Notes: a model not told the origin generated them from the letters alone. 56,945 nt of DNA, filler included, from Jimgerdemannia flammicorona (GCA_003990765.1; 3 parts of 3 records of this genome joined end to end with filler, not necessarily neighbours in it), one strand, 5' to 3'; positions 21,455 through 36,068 are shown, counted from the first letter of the whole stretch. Program-made: numbers and translations.

Positions 21455-24400
21455 TTTTTTGCGAACAGTTGAGCACGCGCTTTGAAAAAAAAAAATTAAA
21501 GAGTGATGGACTCTTTATATAAACAAGGGAAAATCCGAAATGAGATGTGCGGGGGAATTAAGGAGGGGTTGTACGCCAACTGATCAAAGATAGGAAGCTT
21601 TGGTGTCGTCTTTGGGTAAAGCTGAGAGGATTTTAATTTTCGATTTCGGAGCGCGGTAGGCCCTTAATAAATGATTTCGGGGCGCGGTTGAAAGGAGCAC
21701 TCCCAATGCCGTATTGATTGCTGAATGAAAGGGCATTAATGTTTAAGGGGTCTCTGTCTGTGAAATAACCAACGAAATAGATTGTGGAGAGGCACAAGAG
21801 CCTCCCCTCATCCCTGTCCCTTTCCTCCGTCTGCTCCACGCTGAGGATGGAAATACCAGAGTGACCTCGTTAAAGGCATCTGAATTAGGAAACAGAGCAA
21901 CAGCCCAGGCGCAATGCTAAATCTTGATCAACCATGCGTATGGACGTAATTCGGCGAGCATCTTTAAGGTCAGGGGCGACATTTTGTGACCAAGTGTCAC
22001 CGATCGCCTTGTGCTGCCATCTTGCTCCTCTGGGTAAATTTGGGGATTTGTTAATATTCCAATATTTAACATTATGTCCTGCATTCCCCTTTTCGTGTTC
22101 TACGCTCCACATACATGTCATCGTCAATATCCCCCGCGTCAATCCATCGGAGAGCAAACGCAGGCGATTCCGTTCTATGAACCTTAGTTTCCGAGGAAAA
22201 AAAAAAAAAAAAAAAAAAGGTCACGGCTTGGAGCAACATTTTCGCACGATATAATGTTTTACATATGACCCAACGGCATCAAAATCCCGGCGAAGCATGT
22301 CGATCAACTTCATCGGAACTGTTCTGAGATGCACACCCTCGGCTCCGTGGCTCTATACTCTTTGGCCGTTCGTAGGCGCAGTCCTCGCCCTCCCCCTGGC
22401 ACCGCAGTTCTGAAAAGTCAACTGTCAGAGCTTCGTGTCATCGGTAATTCCAAAAAAGGCTGTCGCCTCGCTCCCTCCCTTTAATGGGCCTCCGGTGCGT
22501 CATCGGTGTTCGCGCGAGGGCAGTCGACAGCCAATTCATTATTGACCCTGAACCCCCCTGTGTGCATGGTACACGGCATATGAAGAATGGACAACACCAA
22601 TATTTGCCGTTATCAAATCCCAAAAAGCGTGAAGTATACCGTTCATATCGTTACACGATTTCTTTTGCAAAATTTATTATTCTATTTTTAAATCAAGGAG
22701 TCGTTTTTTTTTTTAATTCCAGTGGTTTTCGCATGTTGCATTTCACGATCGTTAATAGTACCCGTAATTTACCGTCGTCCAGTACAAAAGCAGAAAGCGA
22801 ATTCAGTAATTAAACTCGTCATCAGGCAAAAAATAGAACGTACCTTGATTGGTTGTAATATTTTGCGGGAGCCATCAACGTCATTTTTTTTTTTTTTTTT
22901 TCTTCTTTGAAAAATAGAGAGAGAGAGATAGAGAACCTTGTTAGGTATTTGGTACGGTTGGGTCGAATATCCCAATAAGCCCCCCTTCCCCTCCCCCTTT
23001 CTCTATCATTGAAGATGTCTCACAAAACGGTGCTTAGCAATATGGCGGAATTATGAGTAGATTGCCCGAAACACGAATACGCTTTGACAGAAGTACTGTT
23101 TTTCATAAAGCCGAACGAGCCGCATGCCGCATGAAAACATGGTCTTGCCACACAAATGCAGGGTCGCGTGGCGGATGGGAAATCGTTCCTCGATTGGTTA
23201 TTCTTTGGCAGACGAAAAAGAAAAAGGCAATGCGCGCCCGTTCATTACCACGGAAGCTTTTACCGGAGCGCCGTTACAGTTTCACCGATCGCTACAACGA
23301 TCGAGGTTTCGCATTTGGACTGATGCAGCAAATAAACGCATAAATGAAAGGTTTTGCAAGCAATTTTCAACTTCGATTTCAGCTATAGATTATACTCCCA
23401 GAATTCATCATCGTTGTGTCACATTTTTTGAGTTTGTCGGAAATGAACCAGTTCATGCTGTGGATTACATTTTCTATCGTTCTTCCCACCCCAATAAAGA
23501 TCCACAAATATGATATATATATATGTATATATATATTAGGTAAAAAAAGCTGAATTGCATTTTGGTTCAGTACGTTGTACGGGCCCGGAACGACTCAGAA
23601 AAGAAAAAACAATTTAGTAAAAATTTCCGACTTTTTATGGCTTTTACGTCACCCCTAAGTGCGGATCAATCAAAAGGTTTTTTTTTTAAAAAAAAAAAGA
23701 AATTTACTTTCCGTTCAATTACCGAGCGATACCATCAGTTCTTTAGATATACCTGATCTGTGACGTCGATAGGTCGTTCTCGCAACTGGGTTTAGCATGG
23801 AGGAAATTTATGGTTCATTGGCGTTGCAAATATAACCAAAAAGGTGACTGTGGAGTTTTAGGTTATGTAAGTTCCATGATAGGCAACCTCGGAATCGTTG
23901 GAAACATTCTCTATGTGCGTTTTCAGTCAGATCGGTATCGCAGCCGAGGATGGTTGAAAGGATTGCTCTACAAACTCGATATCTCACCAACCGTTGTTGG
24001 CGAAGAAATAAATTCAGCGTCGCGTGATTTCGGTTTTATTTTTCTGTAATATTAGTCAGCACATTCTCTGTGTTCAAATATTGTTAATCAATTTAAAAAT
24101 GCGTTGTTTCGCTAAATACACTTGAAACGACTCCGCCAAATCCGCCTGCTGTTAGTCAGCACTTTGTGGGAGGATCACAGGAATTTTTAATGTGATTAGT
24201 TCAAATTTACACCCCCTTAGCACGGGTGGTACATGGGTGCGATCTCTTGAATCGCTATTTTCCCATCTCTTACCAAGATATTTTGATATAGCCCTTTGAA
24301 TCTGCCTCTGATGAGGATTTCTGACAAAAGCGAAAGGAGGATGGGAAGGGGTGGGAAAGGGATTTGGAAGTATCAGTTCATAAATTAGCAATGATTTACG

Positions 24401-25127
24401 CCGATTCTCCTTCTAGCTTATTATATCAATAGCTCAGCTGCCTCGTCTTCCCACAGATCAGAAGGATTCAAGGTGCTCGAATCGGTTCGGGTCAAAATGA
24501 GCAAATATTTCCTGAGTTGCTACGGATGGATGGATCTGACCTCAGCCATCTCACAAAGTTTCTACCGTTCAACATTCACAATTACGCTTAAGAAAAGAAA
24601 TACAAAAACTTTGCTGAAGTGTTTTACCATATGGTCTATGCAATGGAAGTAGGATAACTGGGTAGGACTTTGGAATGAAAGCAGGGATATGTGTTGACCC
24701 GTTTCTCTTGCCTTATGTATTTAGCTTTGCTCAGCAACATTACGCTTATAGGTACATGATACTACACAACAATGGGCTATCTACCTGGCGATCAACAGAT
24801 ACCATCAACATCAATGAAGGTTATCGGAGTTGTTGGACACTTCAGGTCAAAGAAAGTCTGTCGGCGCTAGTAATAGCAACGGACCGACTTCCGGCGGGAT
24901 CTCATTGGTCGGACTGTCCAGCGACATTTTTGCGCGCGTTCTAACATCGTGGAGGATTTGTAATTGTGAAAGCATATGGGAAGTTGTGTTATATAAGATG
25001 AAACGGAAAGGAAAAAACTTCTTCAATCCCAATTCCACAGCACACTGTCATGGTAATCACCACATTCTCAAATAACATTCTCGTTGAATCTCTCCACATC
25101 AACGAAAAAAAAAAAAAAAAAAAAAAA

Positions 25128-26240
<1,113 letters not shown>

Positions 26241-26616
26241 CAAAGATCAATTACTGTCTAAGAATGAGTTGTATTCGTGGAATCGATATCAGGATGCTGT
26301 ACATTTATAAAATTTTTCGCATAACCTCAAAGCACCTCTCGCAGCCAAGACGTCGGTGTTTGCTACCCTTGGGCACGCATTTTTCTTTCTGCGATGGCAG
26401 ACTTTTTCCCCTAACCTGTGTGAAGCGTGGGCTGTGTGTGATGCACAACGTTATAACAATAGGTGAATAGCGCGCGCAACGAATATGTCGAAACGACTTA
26501 CCTCCCTCCAGGACCCCACACACCATGCCGCTTGCAAAGGCTCCTGACACCGGTACGGAACGAGGTCGACATCAATTCCGACCATGCCTGTCAGCGCACC
26601 GTCCACATATGCTCTT

Positions 26617-26754
26617 CTCTCCTCGTTGATTAGCAAGTAGCCCATCTCCTCGTTGATTAGCAAGTAGCCCATCTCCTCGTTGATTAGCAAGTAGCCCATC
26701 TCCTCGTTGATTAGCAAGTAGCATATCTCGTTGATTAGCAAGTAGCCTATCTCC
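26617..26754. repeat. 27-bp tandem repeat (CTCCTCGTTGATTAGCAAGTAGCCCAT), ~5 copies
   Basis: Near-perfect units; reads GYLLINEEM repeats in ORF 26451-26867 (-). Confidence 0.92.
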
Positions 26755-27371
26755 ACATGTTCGCTGCATTCGCAGCTTGGCGCATTGAGTGACTGTGGGT
26801 GCAAAATGGGGCCAAAAAAAAAAAAAAAAAAGAAAAGAAAAGGTCCAATTGATCCACGTACCGACAAAAGGGTTCGAAATTACAGTTTCCAAAACGCCGT
26901 CCTCGGTTCTGTCCTACTTACCTCGAAACCGACTCTCCCCGCTCAAGTAAATCCCTCGCATTTGTTATTTGCCTTGGATACCATGACTGCATTCATGTTT
27001 CCGCATACTCTCGCCCCATTTAGCCTGTGATAATGCTGGCTCGCTCGGCTTCACCATTGGCGCCGCGCTCTCCACATTGGTTTTGCGGCGTCGTCAGGAT
27101 GAGAATGGGTTTCAGAACGGGAGGGACCTCGCAGATTGGGAGAATAGGACATTCAGATATAATTATTATTGTCACTTACGCATATGTATTATATTCTCTT
27201 AATAATAATGAATAATGTTAAATTTATGGAAAGTATTATGAAAGTACTTAAATATTTCCTGTGTTACACGCTCAAAGACTGGAACACTTTTTTTTTTTTT
27301 TTTTTAAAAAAAACGTGGAAAACTGCTTCGAAAGGTGGAGTGACATAATGCGTGCTATGCAGTATCAACAC

Positions 27372-28578
27372 TCACGCGACAATCAACACAATCTTCCCGA
27401 CTGCACGATTCGTCTCACTCAAAGCATGTCCCTTGGCCCCGTCCTTCAACTCGAAGATCTGCTCTGCCGGCACCCAACTCTTGACCTTCCCCTCTGCTAA
27501 CCACTCTCTCAATTCCCCCCTCCACTCATGATGTAGCACCTTGCCAATGAATTTATATCCGCGCGCGCCAAAAACCTTCCGCACAGCCAGCGTCCCCACA
27601 ATCGACAGCATGTCGAACACGCGTACAGGTTCGGCACCTATATGCGGCATGGGGCCCACAGCTGTCACATACTGCCCTGTGGGCTTCAGCAGAGGCCACG
27701 CGCGGTTGTACTGATCGTCACCGCCGACGCAGTCCAGCACGACGTCGAACTCGCTCTGCTCGCCTCGCAACACATCGGCGAAGTCCGACGACGTGTAGTC
27801 CACCGTCCGGTCCGCGCCCCACTCGTCATGCACCAGTTTCGCGTTGCGAGAGCTGCATACCCCTACAACGTGAGCGCCACTGGCTTTGGCTATCTGCACG
27901 GCGAAGTGGCCCACGCCACCTGAGGCGCCGATGATAAGGCATTTCGGGGTCGTGGGGGCGCTGGGGAGGTTCCCAAGAGCGATAAGGCCCGTGTAAGCGG
28001 TCAGGAGACAGATTGCGACGGAGCCGGCGGAGGTGTGGGTCATGTTGGTTGGTTTGTGAGCGATGGCGTCTTTGATGGTGTTGACGAGGACGTATCTGGA
28101 TGAGGCAGACGGCAGAAGGTGGATTAGAGGTTGCTGATAAGGTGACTAAAGTAAACGTGTGGTTCCTGTCATTTATTAATTCGACCCTGAACTGATGAAG
28201 TACTCACTCAGCATAAGCGCCCGACCCACTCAAGGGATTATACAACATGCCAAACACCTCGTTCCCGGTTTCGAAATCGACGACCAGATCACCCTTACCA
28301 ACGACGACTCCCGAAAATTCACCACCGAGGATGACGGGCATCTGCAGTTTCACAAGCTTGCTCACGTTTCCCGAGCGAGCCTTGCAGTCAATCGGGTTCA
28401 CGCCGGCGGCGTGGACCTTGACCAGGACGTCGTGTGGGGTGAGCAAAGTCGGGGTTCTCGTCTCCACGTACTTGAGCACGTCTGGTGCCCCGTAGGTGTC
28501 GAACTGCAACGCTCGCATGGTGGGCGGGATGTCTGGCTGCGGGTGGGTGGCGGCTGGTTGGGATGTTGTGCCGAACAT
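27372..28578 (-). CDS. Zinc-independent MDR-family NADPH oxidoreductase (quinone reductase / RTN4IP1-like), 364 aa, 2 exons
   Basis: join(28578-28208, 28095-27372), intron GTGAGTA...TCCAG, total 1095 nt in frame; VLVKVHAAGVNPID, GAYAEYV, GASGGVGHFAVQIAK, AVGKIVL. Confidence 0.93.
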
Positions 28579-29125
28579 TGCTTTTCGATGAACGAAATGT
28601 GACCTCGGGGCACTTGTAAATTTTATGGTAAGTGCCTTTGAGCACGTGATTTGGTTTGTCAGCCGCAACAGCATGTGAAGTTGCCAATAAAAGGGATCAA
28701 CCAAAAGGCAGAGAATGGATCAAGTTTAAATATTTCCAGGGCGCCATTGCATATTCGGGAGCATAGTCGAGCGTGGTGGTGATCGTATCAGTGATTCCCT
28801 CATTATTTCGCTCTAGGCAACGGTTGTCAATTTTGACTAATTACATTATCTACAACCTACCAGGTGCTTCTGAACCTGATTAAATCCCATGACCTACACC
28901 TTTTCTGGACTAGCTCGCAACTCCCAACAATGTTGATGTGGCAGATATTGTTTGCGTCTTTTGTTTTATCGTAATTACATCCAGCGGCGATTTAAGCAAA
29001 ATCTTGATACCATACATTGAGTATCTGTGTCATATATTTAGTATATGTATGCACCAAGTATACCATATATGACATGGTTGTATGATGAGATATAGAAAAC
29101 TCTATTAAGTCTAATTTATAGAGAG

Positions 29126-29160
<35 letters not shown>

Positions 29161-29429
29161 CTATAATATTTTAGTAAAATAGTTTTTTATATATTTTTAT
29201 AACTTATAATATTATATAATTAGATTATTTTTATATTAATTTTTAATTTATTTCTCTATATTGACTATATATATATCTCTTATTCTATAATATAGCCAAA
29301 TTTGGTAAATAGATAATAACTCATTATATTGTAATAACTTTAAAAAAATTCTTTTACTAATAATTTTTATATATTTTTTTATACTTATAGTCAAAATTTA
29401 TAATAGATTATTATATTATAATAATTTCT

Positions 29430-29823
29430 TAATTATATCTTAGTTATAGTATTTTTTATTTCTTTTTTTGTCTTTTTTTTAAATATTTCACAATGTTTCA
29501 GTATCTTTTAAATACTTCTTAATACTAAGTATCTTATCTTAGCTAGTTATAGAATTTTTTTAGAATATTATAGAATTCAATTAATTATCTTTGCTGAGAA
29601 CTATTTTCTTAACTTTTCTTTTTATTTCTAAGATTTTTTCAGATCTTTTTTTCAGATCTTATATTAATATCCTCTTTTTTTATATATAAATAAAGCTCAG
29701 TTTATTTTCTTTAGAAAATCTTTAAGACTACTTAAACCTATAAGTATATTTTTAAATTACTTTAGACTTACTAGAACTTTTCTAATTTAGCTACTTTCTC
29801 TTAAAAAAACTAGAACTATTATA
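29430..29823 (+). repeat. LTR family B-like copy, extremely decayed, followed by PBS remnant
   Basis: Aligns with 9704-10167 (tactaagtatcttatcttagctagttatagaa ... ctagaactattata); followed by CTTAATAGTAGTA. Confidence 0.8.
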
Positions 29824-29852
29824 CTTAATAGTAGTAGATAATTATATCTTAC

Positions 29853-30303
29853 TATAATGATTCTGGTTTCTTTAAGAGGAAGTAGCTAAATCTGGTAGTT
29901 TTAATAGACTTAAAGTAACTTGAAGAGATACTTGTAGGTTCAAGTATTCTTGAAAGAATTCTGAAAGAAAATATTCTGAGCTTTATTTAAGTAGAGAACA
30001 AGAATATTTATATAAAATCTGAAAAAAAGATCTGGAAGAATTTTAGAAAAGAAGAAAAAAGCCAAGAAATAAGTTTTTAGTAAAGTGACTAATAGAATTC
30101 TACAATATTCCAAAAGGTTCTATAACTAGCTAAGATAAGATACTTAGTACTGAGAAAAGATAAGAATGTTTTAATGATATTTTAATATTAAGAAAAGATT
30201 TCTAGATATTTAGAAAATACTGAAATATAGTAGAATATTTAAGAAAAGATAAGAAAAGACTAGAGAAAAAATGCAAAAAAGTACTAAGTCTAAGATATTA
30301 TCA
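29853..30303 (-). repeat. LTR family B-like solo copy, inverted
   Basis: Reverse complement aligns with 9704-10167 and 29430-29823. Confidence 0.82.
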
Positions 30304-30464
30304 GAAAAAAAAACTTCAGTTTATATTTACTAGTTTATATTTATAGTTGTTTGAGTTTATATTATTTAATATAATTTAAGTTTATAGCTTTTAGTTCATA
30401 TTACTATATATTTCTATCTATATACTTGCTATTTAGTTTGTATAGCTGTATCTTTAAGAAAATA

Positions 30465-32047
30465 CAGTGTGTTTCAAAACTGAATCAATGTTTCATTAAA
30501 TTTTACATTTTAATTATTTTAAATATATATACTATATATAAATATATATATAATTATACTATATTGTAGTCCTATATCAGGGGTATCCAGGATACTAAAT
30601 TTAGTTTAATTAAGATTAATATAACCATAAAAGGAAATTCCCAAAAAAAAATTATTGGTTCAGTTTTGCAATGTCATCGTCAAAAGACATACATTTGGTA
30701 GTAAACTGACCTATAGTTGGTGTAAACATCTGAAATTTTGCATGGTTATTCTTTGACCATTTCTCTATCTCTCTGTAAAATTTATTCCCTTTAAAATAAG
30801 TATGAAGAAACTCTCCTTGGATATGTGCAATACTATTATCAATATGCTGAGTTCTGGCATAATGATAAGAAAAATCGTAAAAGAGACTGGCATTAGCCAA
30901 ACCTCTATTGTCCGAATTAGAACTAATTATTGTGATGACAATGTCATCTCAAAAGGAGGTCATCCAAGCAAACTCTCTGCTTGTGATAAGTCATGGCTCA
31001 TTCATCAAGTAACTGATGGCAAGGTAGATATATCACCAAAGGCCTCAAAACTATTCGAAATCAATGGTGGGCCTGCTATAAGTGCTCAAACAGTATGTCA
31101 GGCCCTGAAAGAGGCTGGTTTGAAGGCCGCGGTCAAGCAAAAAAAGTCAAGATTACTATGCCAGCATGTCAAAGCTCACTATGATTTTGTATACAAGTAT
31201 AGAGACTGGACAATTGATGACTAGAAACTCATCATTTTCTCGAATGAGACCAAAATCAATTGTTTTGGGTCTGACAGATGAGAATGAGTGTGGAAAATAC
31301 CAGGGACCCTACTTGAAGAGAAATACATGACACCAACAGTGAAATTCAGAGGTAGATCGATTATGGTTTAGAGATGTATGAATCACTATGGCATGGGATA
31401 CATATGCAAAATCGATGGAAGAATAGACGCTGAGCTGTACAAATTGATCCTTGATGACGAACTGAAAAAATCAATAAAATACTTCAAGATTGGTCAGGAG
31501 ACAATATTTTAACAAAATAATGACTCCAAGCATACATTGTGTACTACCAAGAAATGATTCAAGAAACATGTGCTTCGTCTTTTAGACTGGCCCGCACAAT
31601 CACCCAACCTCAATCCCATTGAGCATTTATGGGCACATATCAAGAGACAACTCAATATATATAAAGAACATCCAAAGGGTATACACAAGCTCTGGGATAG
31701 GGTGGAGGATGAATGGAATGCCGTTCCAGATGATGTTTGTAAGAAATTAGTTGAGAGTATACCGAGATGCATCCAAGCAGTGTATAAAGCAAAGGGAGGC
31801 TACATTAAATACTAAAATATACTAAAATATATAATGGTTACAAAACTAAACCAATAATTTTTTTTGGGGGGGAATTTCCATTTATAGTTATATTAATCTT
31901 AATTAAACTAAATTTAGTATCCTGGATACCCCTGATATAGGGCTACAATATAGTATAATTATATATATATTTATATATAGTATATATATTTAAAATAATT
32001 AAAATGTAAAATTTAATGAAATATTGGTTCAGTTTTGGAACACACTG
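30465..32047 (+). mobile_element. Tc1/mariner (DD34E-type) DNA transposon, full length, inactive
   Basis: TA-CAGTG...CACTG-TA; ~205-bp TIRs (30465-~30671, ~31838-32047). Confidence 0.95.
30802..31815 (+). pseudogene. Tc1 transposase pseudogene
   Basis: GGHPSKLS, ISAQTV, IFSNETKIN, F*QNNDSKH, WPAQSPNLNPIEHLW, AKGGYIKY; catalytic Asp codons changed to Asn by G->A. Confidence 0.93.
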
Positions 32048-32149
32048 TAAATCTGTTAGCATCTACTAGTTTATATTCATAGTTATTCAAGTTCATATCA
32101 TGAAATTATAATTTATATATATATATCTATATTCTTAGCAATTTAGTTT

Positions 32150-32449
32150 ATAAAATATATAGAAATTTGAGGCTTAGTTTAGGACTGATAAGCATAGCTA
32201 TACCTGGATAAGAAAAATGATAAACAAATAGAGAATATATCTATGACTCAATTATTCTGATTTCTCAAATAATGTTCTTAATATTATTAATAAAATTTAG
32301 ATATTTATTACTATATAGATAAGATAGAAAGAAATATAAATTATAGCTAATGAAGGATTGTTTTATATATATAAGTAAAACAGAAACAATATCATCACTA
32401 CTTTCAGCCAGTGATGAAAAGTCTTCTAATAATAGAGAATAAATCTTGA

Positions 32450-32510
<61 letters not shown>

Positions 32511-34560
32511 TAAATCTTGATAAAACAAAAAGCTACTATTATATAGTACTAAACAAAATACTAAGTACTAAAAGTGATAGCAACTTCTAAAGAAAGCCAA
32601 ATAGACTAATAAAGTTAATAAAATACTTTAACAAATTGATGACACTCTTAGATAAGCTCAAGATATAGTTCTTAGACAAAACTCAGAGTTAATGAACTTA
32701 ACCAGAACATACTCTAAATTATATAAACATATCATCAATACTATCTCTAAAGATGCTATTGTGGAAAATCATCTATTTAGAATATAATAAACAAATTTAG
32801 TACAATAAGACTGAGAAAAGACAAGAAATAGTAATCATCTATCTGATCAAAAAAGTATTATCTTATCTTACTAAAAGAGAAGAAAACTAAAAGTAAAACA
32901 ATATAATTAAAGAAATATATCAGATTTATGATATAACTTCTCACCTAATATCAAATCAGATCTACTATCTATAAAAAGTAAGCAAATGAAATTTAACTTG
33001 AATATAAAAAGATGAGATATATTTACTATGTGAAATATATCTGTAATGAATCTGTGAACTATACTATGAATGAATAATAAATACTACAAATACTATATAT
33101 AAAAACTATATAAATCTCAACTTATATCAATAAAGATCTAGTTTCAATAATAATCTATAGACTCTTATATTACATATAATTTACTATTAAATATATACTC
33201 CTAATACTACTACATACTCCTCATATGAAAACTGGTCACAATTACAAGTAATACTAAGTTTATATGATAGTATTTTTGGTCTATATACTTGACTATTTAG
33301 TCCAACTATGTGTTTATAAATAAAATATATATTTAAAAAAGTTCCTCCTATAATACATAATCTATATACTTATTTATTAAATATAAATAAAAAGAATATG
33401 CATTCAATCTATCTACTAAGTTTTGCTAAATCACATTTCTCAAATAAGAGTTATATATATATTGTATAAATAATTATATCTACAGATATAATATTAAACT
33501 ACTCAGTCTATATATATAATATAGTGATAGCCATTTCTGTCTTATAATTATGAGAGACTATATTTTTAGTACTAGGATTCTTAATATCTACTATATTATA
33601 TCACTCCAAGTATATAAGTTAAAGGACTTAGTGATTTTGCTCAATTTTGGAGAGAAGGTAAACTTAGGAAAAAAGATATTTATCTATATTTTGTCTTATC
33701 TCAAACTGTTTATCTGTAAGATTATATAACACTACCCAGTTATATTATAAACTTCTATAGAACTGTTACTTGCAGTAAACAAGTTAGTAAAATATAGTCA
33801 ACTCTAATTTTGTATCTACAAATGAGTCATAAACTCTAATTAATAAAGTAGTAAAAATATTAATCTATAGAGATCAAGAAGAGATATTAGAAATATCACA
33901 AAAAGATTCATAGGCTGGCTTAGTATAAATAACTTACTATTGGATTTGAAAGTTTGGGAAAATTCTTTCAATTTATTTGATGATAATATCTATTTCCAGA
34001 TATAAACTAAAGGTTATAAAAAAACATCTGAGTAGTAAGTTCAAGATCATATAGCTCAAATAATTTTGAAACTTTATTGATATAAAGTATATCTTCAGAG
34101 ATACTAGTACTCAGATACTAGTATTTCTCAGTTATTAGTGAGCTTAAGGTGTCTATGAACTTGCTGATTATAATATGATTGAGCTTGTCCTCAAGTACTA
34201 TTCAGTACTTTATAAACTTAATAACTTAAGAAAGAGAATCATATTTATTCATTAATTAATATAGTATCTTAACTTTTATATAATATTGATGTTTAGTTAT
34301 CTCTATATCAGTATTATCTAATATATCAAATATTTGAGTTGACTTAGAAATATACTATAGAGAGTAGAGTTTTTCAAAGTTTAGCAAACTTAGTAAGATC
34401 TCTATGAACTGCTCTTTTAGTTCATTAAATTGAAATAATAGTATATCTTGATCTATAAGTATTTTTTTAGTCTAGACTAGTGATAAGACATAAAAGTGTT
34501 ACTCAATGAATATTGTGAGACATTTGACAATATTAAGTGATTTAAAAATCCCTCTTATAT
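32150..34560 (+). pseudogene. Very AT-rich relic of a long Cys-rich ORF, possibly a KDZ-type transposase
   Basis: Cys/Tyr clusters, GFES (33942-33953) and YD*AC (34174-34188) resemble KDZ ES and YDxAC motifs, but spacing is long and decay is extreme. Confidence 0.3.
32450..32504 (+). mobile_element. Solo poly(A) retro-insertion with 16-bp TSD
   Basis: AGAGAATAAATCTTGA at 32434-32449 and 32505-32520 flanks AT + pure A run. Confidence 0.85.
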
Positions 34561-36068
34561 ATAGAAGAAATATCTTTTAAAAGATTTTTTTTTTTTTTTT
34601 TAGTTAAAGAGTTACAAATAGTTCATAAACTCACTATAATATATATAATACTCACATATATCAGTTATTGATATTTAGCTACAGTTATTTGACTAAGATT
34701 TGAAATTTCAGTAGAGAATTTTTTAAGTTTAGAATATTAAAGAATAAGCTAAATATAGAGATCTAACTCTAATATAAGTAGGTTTGCTATATATATTAAA
34801 TACACTCCTTTCTCTACTACCTTACCAGTTATAATGGTTTGGTAGGCAATCTTCTGAGTCTACTTTCTATAATTATTATCTCCTCTATCTTGGGTTAGTT
34901 TGCTGTACCTATTGCAGGGCAGTGGGAGGGAGGCAATGGTGATGAGTTACTTCTTTATTAGTGTCAGATCAGTATCTTCTCCACTTTTTTACAGTTTCTG
35001 ATACCTTCAGCTGCATCTGGAGTGCATCCATTTTAGTGTAATGTCTTCTTTCTTTTGTTATTACCAATAAGGTACTGTCTTGATGTATCATGAGCTACAT
35101 AGGGAGTCAGTCAACCTTGGACATTAAGTGCTCAGTGTAGGTTATCTGCAGGTCCTCAGTGCTTATGGTGGAGCCCTCTGGCTTTGGTGAGCTTTTCAGT
35201 GAGTATGGTTCTAGCATAGGTGACTGCTTTTCAGGTGTTGTTGGGATGGGAGAGGAGATGACTGTTACAGATAGAAGAAAGGGTGATAATGGTGAACCAG
35301 TAGGGTACCAGGCTGGGGGCAGTTATTGGGGCTGGGGAAGGTACTACTTTGGTGGGGCCTTTTGATTGATGCAGTGTGGTTAGATAGTAGATGTCACTCT
35401 CAACTTCTTTTGGTGATTTGGTAGGTTGGGCCCCAGTTATTAAGAGGGGTTGGGGGGCCTGAGACAATCTATTTCAGACATCTGGACTATACTTAACTAG
35501 AACTAGGAGCTGATATGAAAACATGATCAAGGTCTGCAGGCTTGAGTAGTGGAGTATTGGAAATCTTCTTTCACTTCACATATAAGTCCTTTACTCACCT
35601 TGACTAGGAGAACTAGACCCTATCCACCATGTTGTACTTTGATGAGGGTTTTTTCTTTACCTGTTATTCTCTTTGGAGTGGTAGGGGCTATTCTATTTGG
35701 CTTAGGTGTGGCCTTGTATATATATTGGGGTCTTGGGCATATGCTTTTGGTTATTTATATATGGCTGAGTTCCCCCTAGTAGTAGAGAGAGCATAGTGCA
35801 CAGAATGAGGTACAGGCCAATATAGGCCCTACTACATCTGGCATGGTCAAGCTGCTAGACAATAGCTAGCCTAGATTAATGAGGGGGCAGTGCTTGATGG
35901 GTGGTAGGGGAGGGTTTTGGCCTATATAGTCTAGGTTTCCTTCTAATAAAAATCTGCAGAACATTGAGTCTATTAAAAAATATATATATATATATATATA
36001 TATATTAAATAAACTCTTGATAAAATTAAGAGTTAGATTGATCAGGTGTTTTTAGATATCTTTTTTTA

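Noticed and set aside
21480..25100. Many short ORFs and a vaguely tRNA-like stretch near 24430-24500
   Set aside because: No recognisable domains, no cloverleaf or A/B boxes; treated as intergenic/regulatory.
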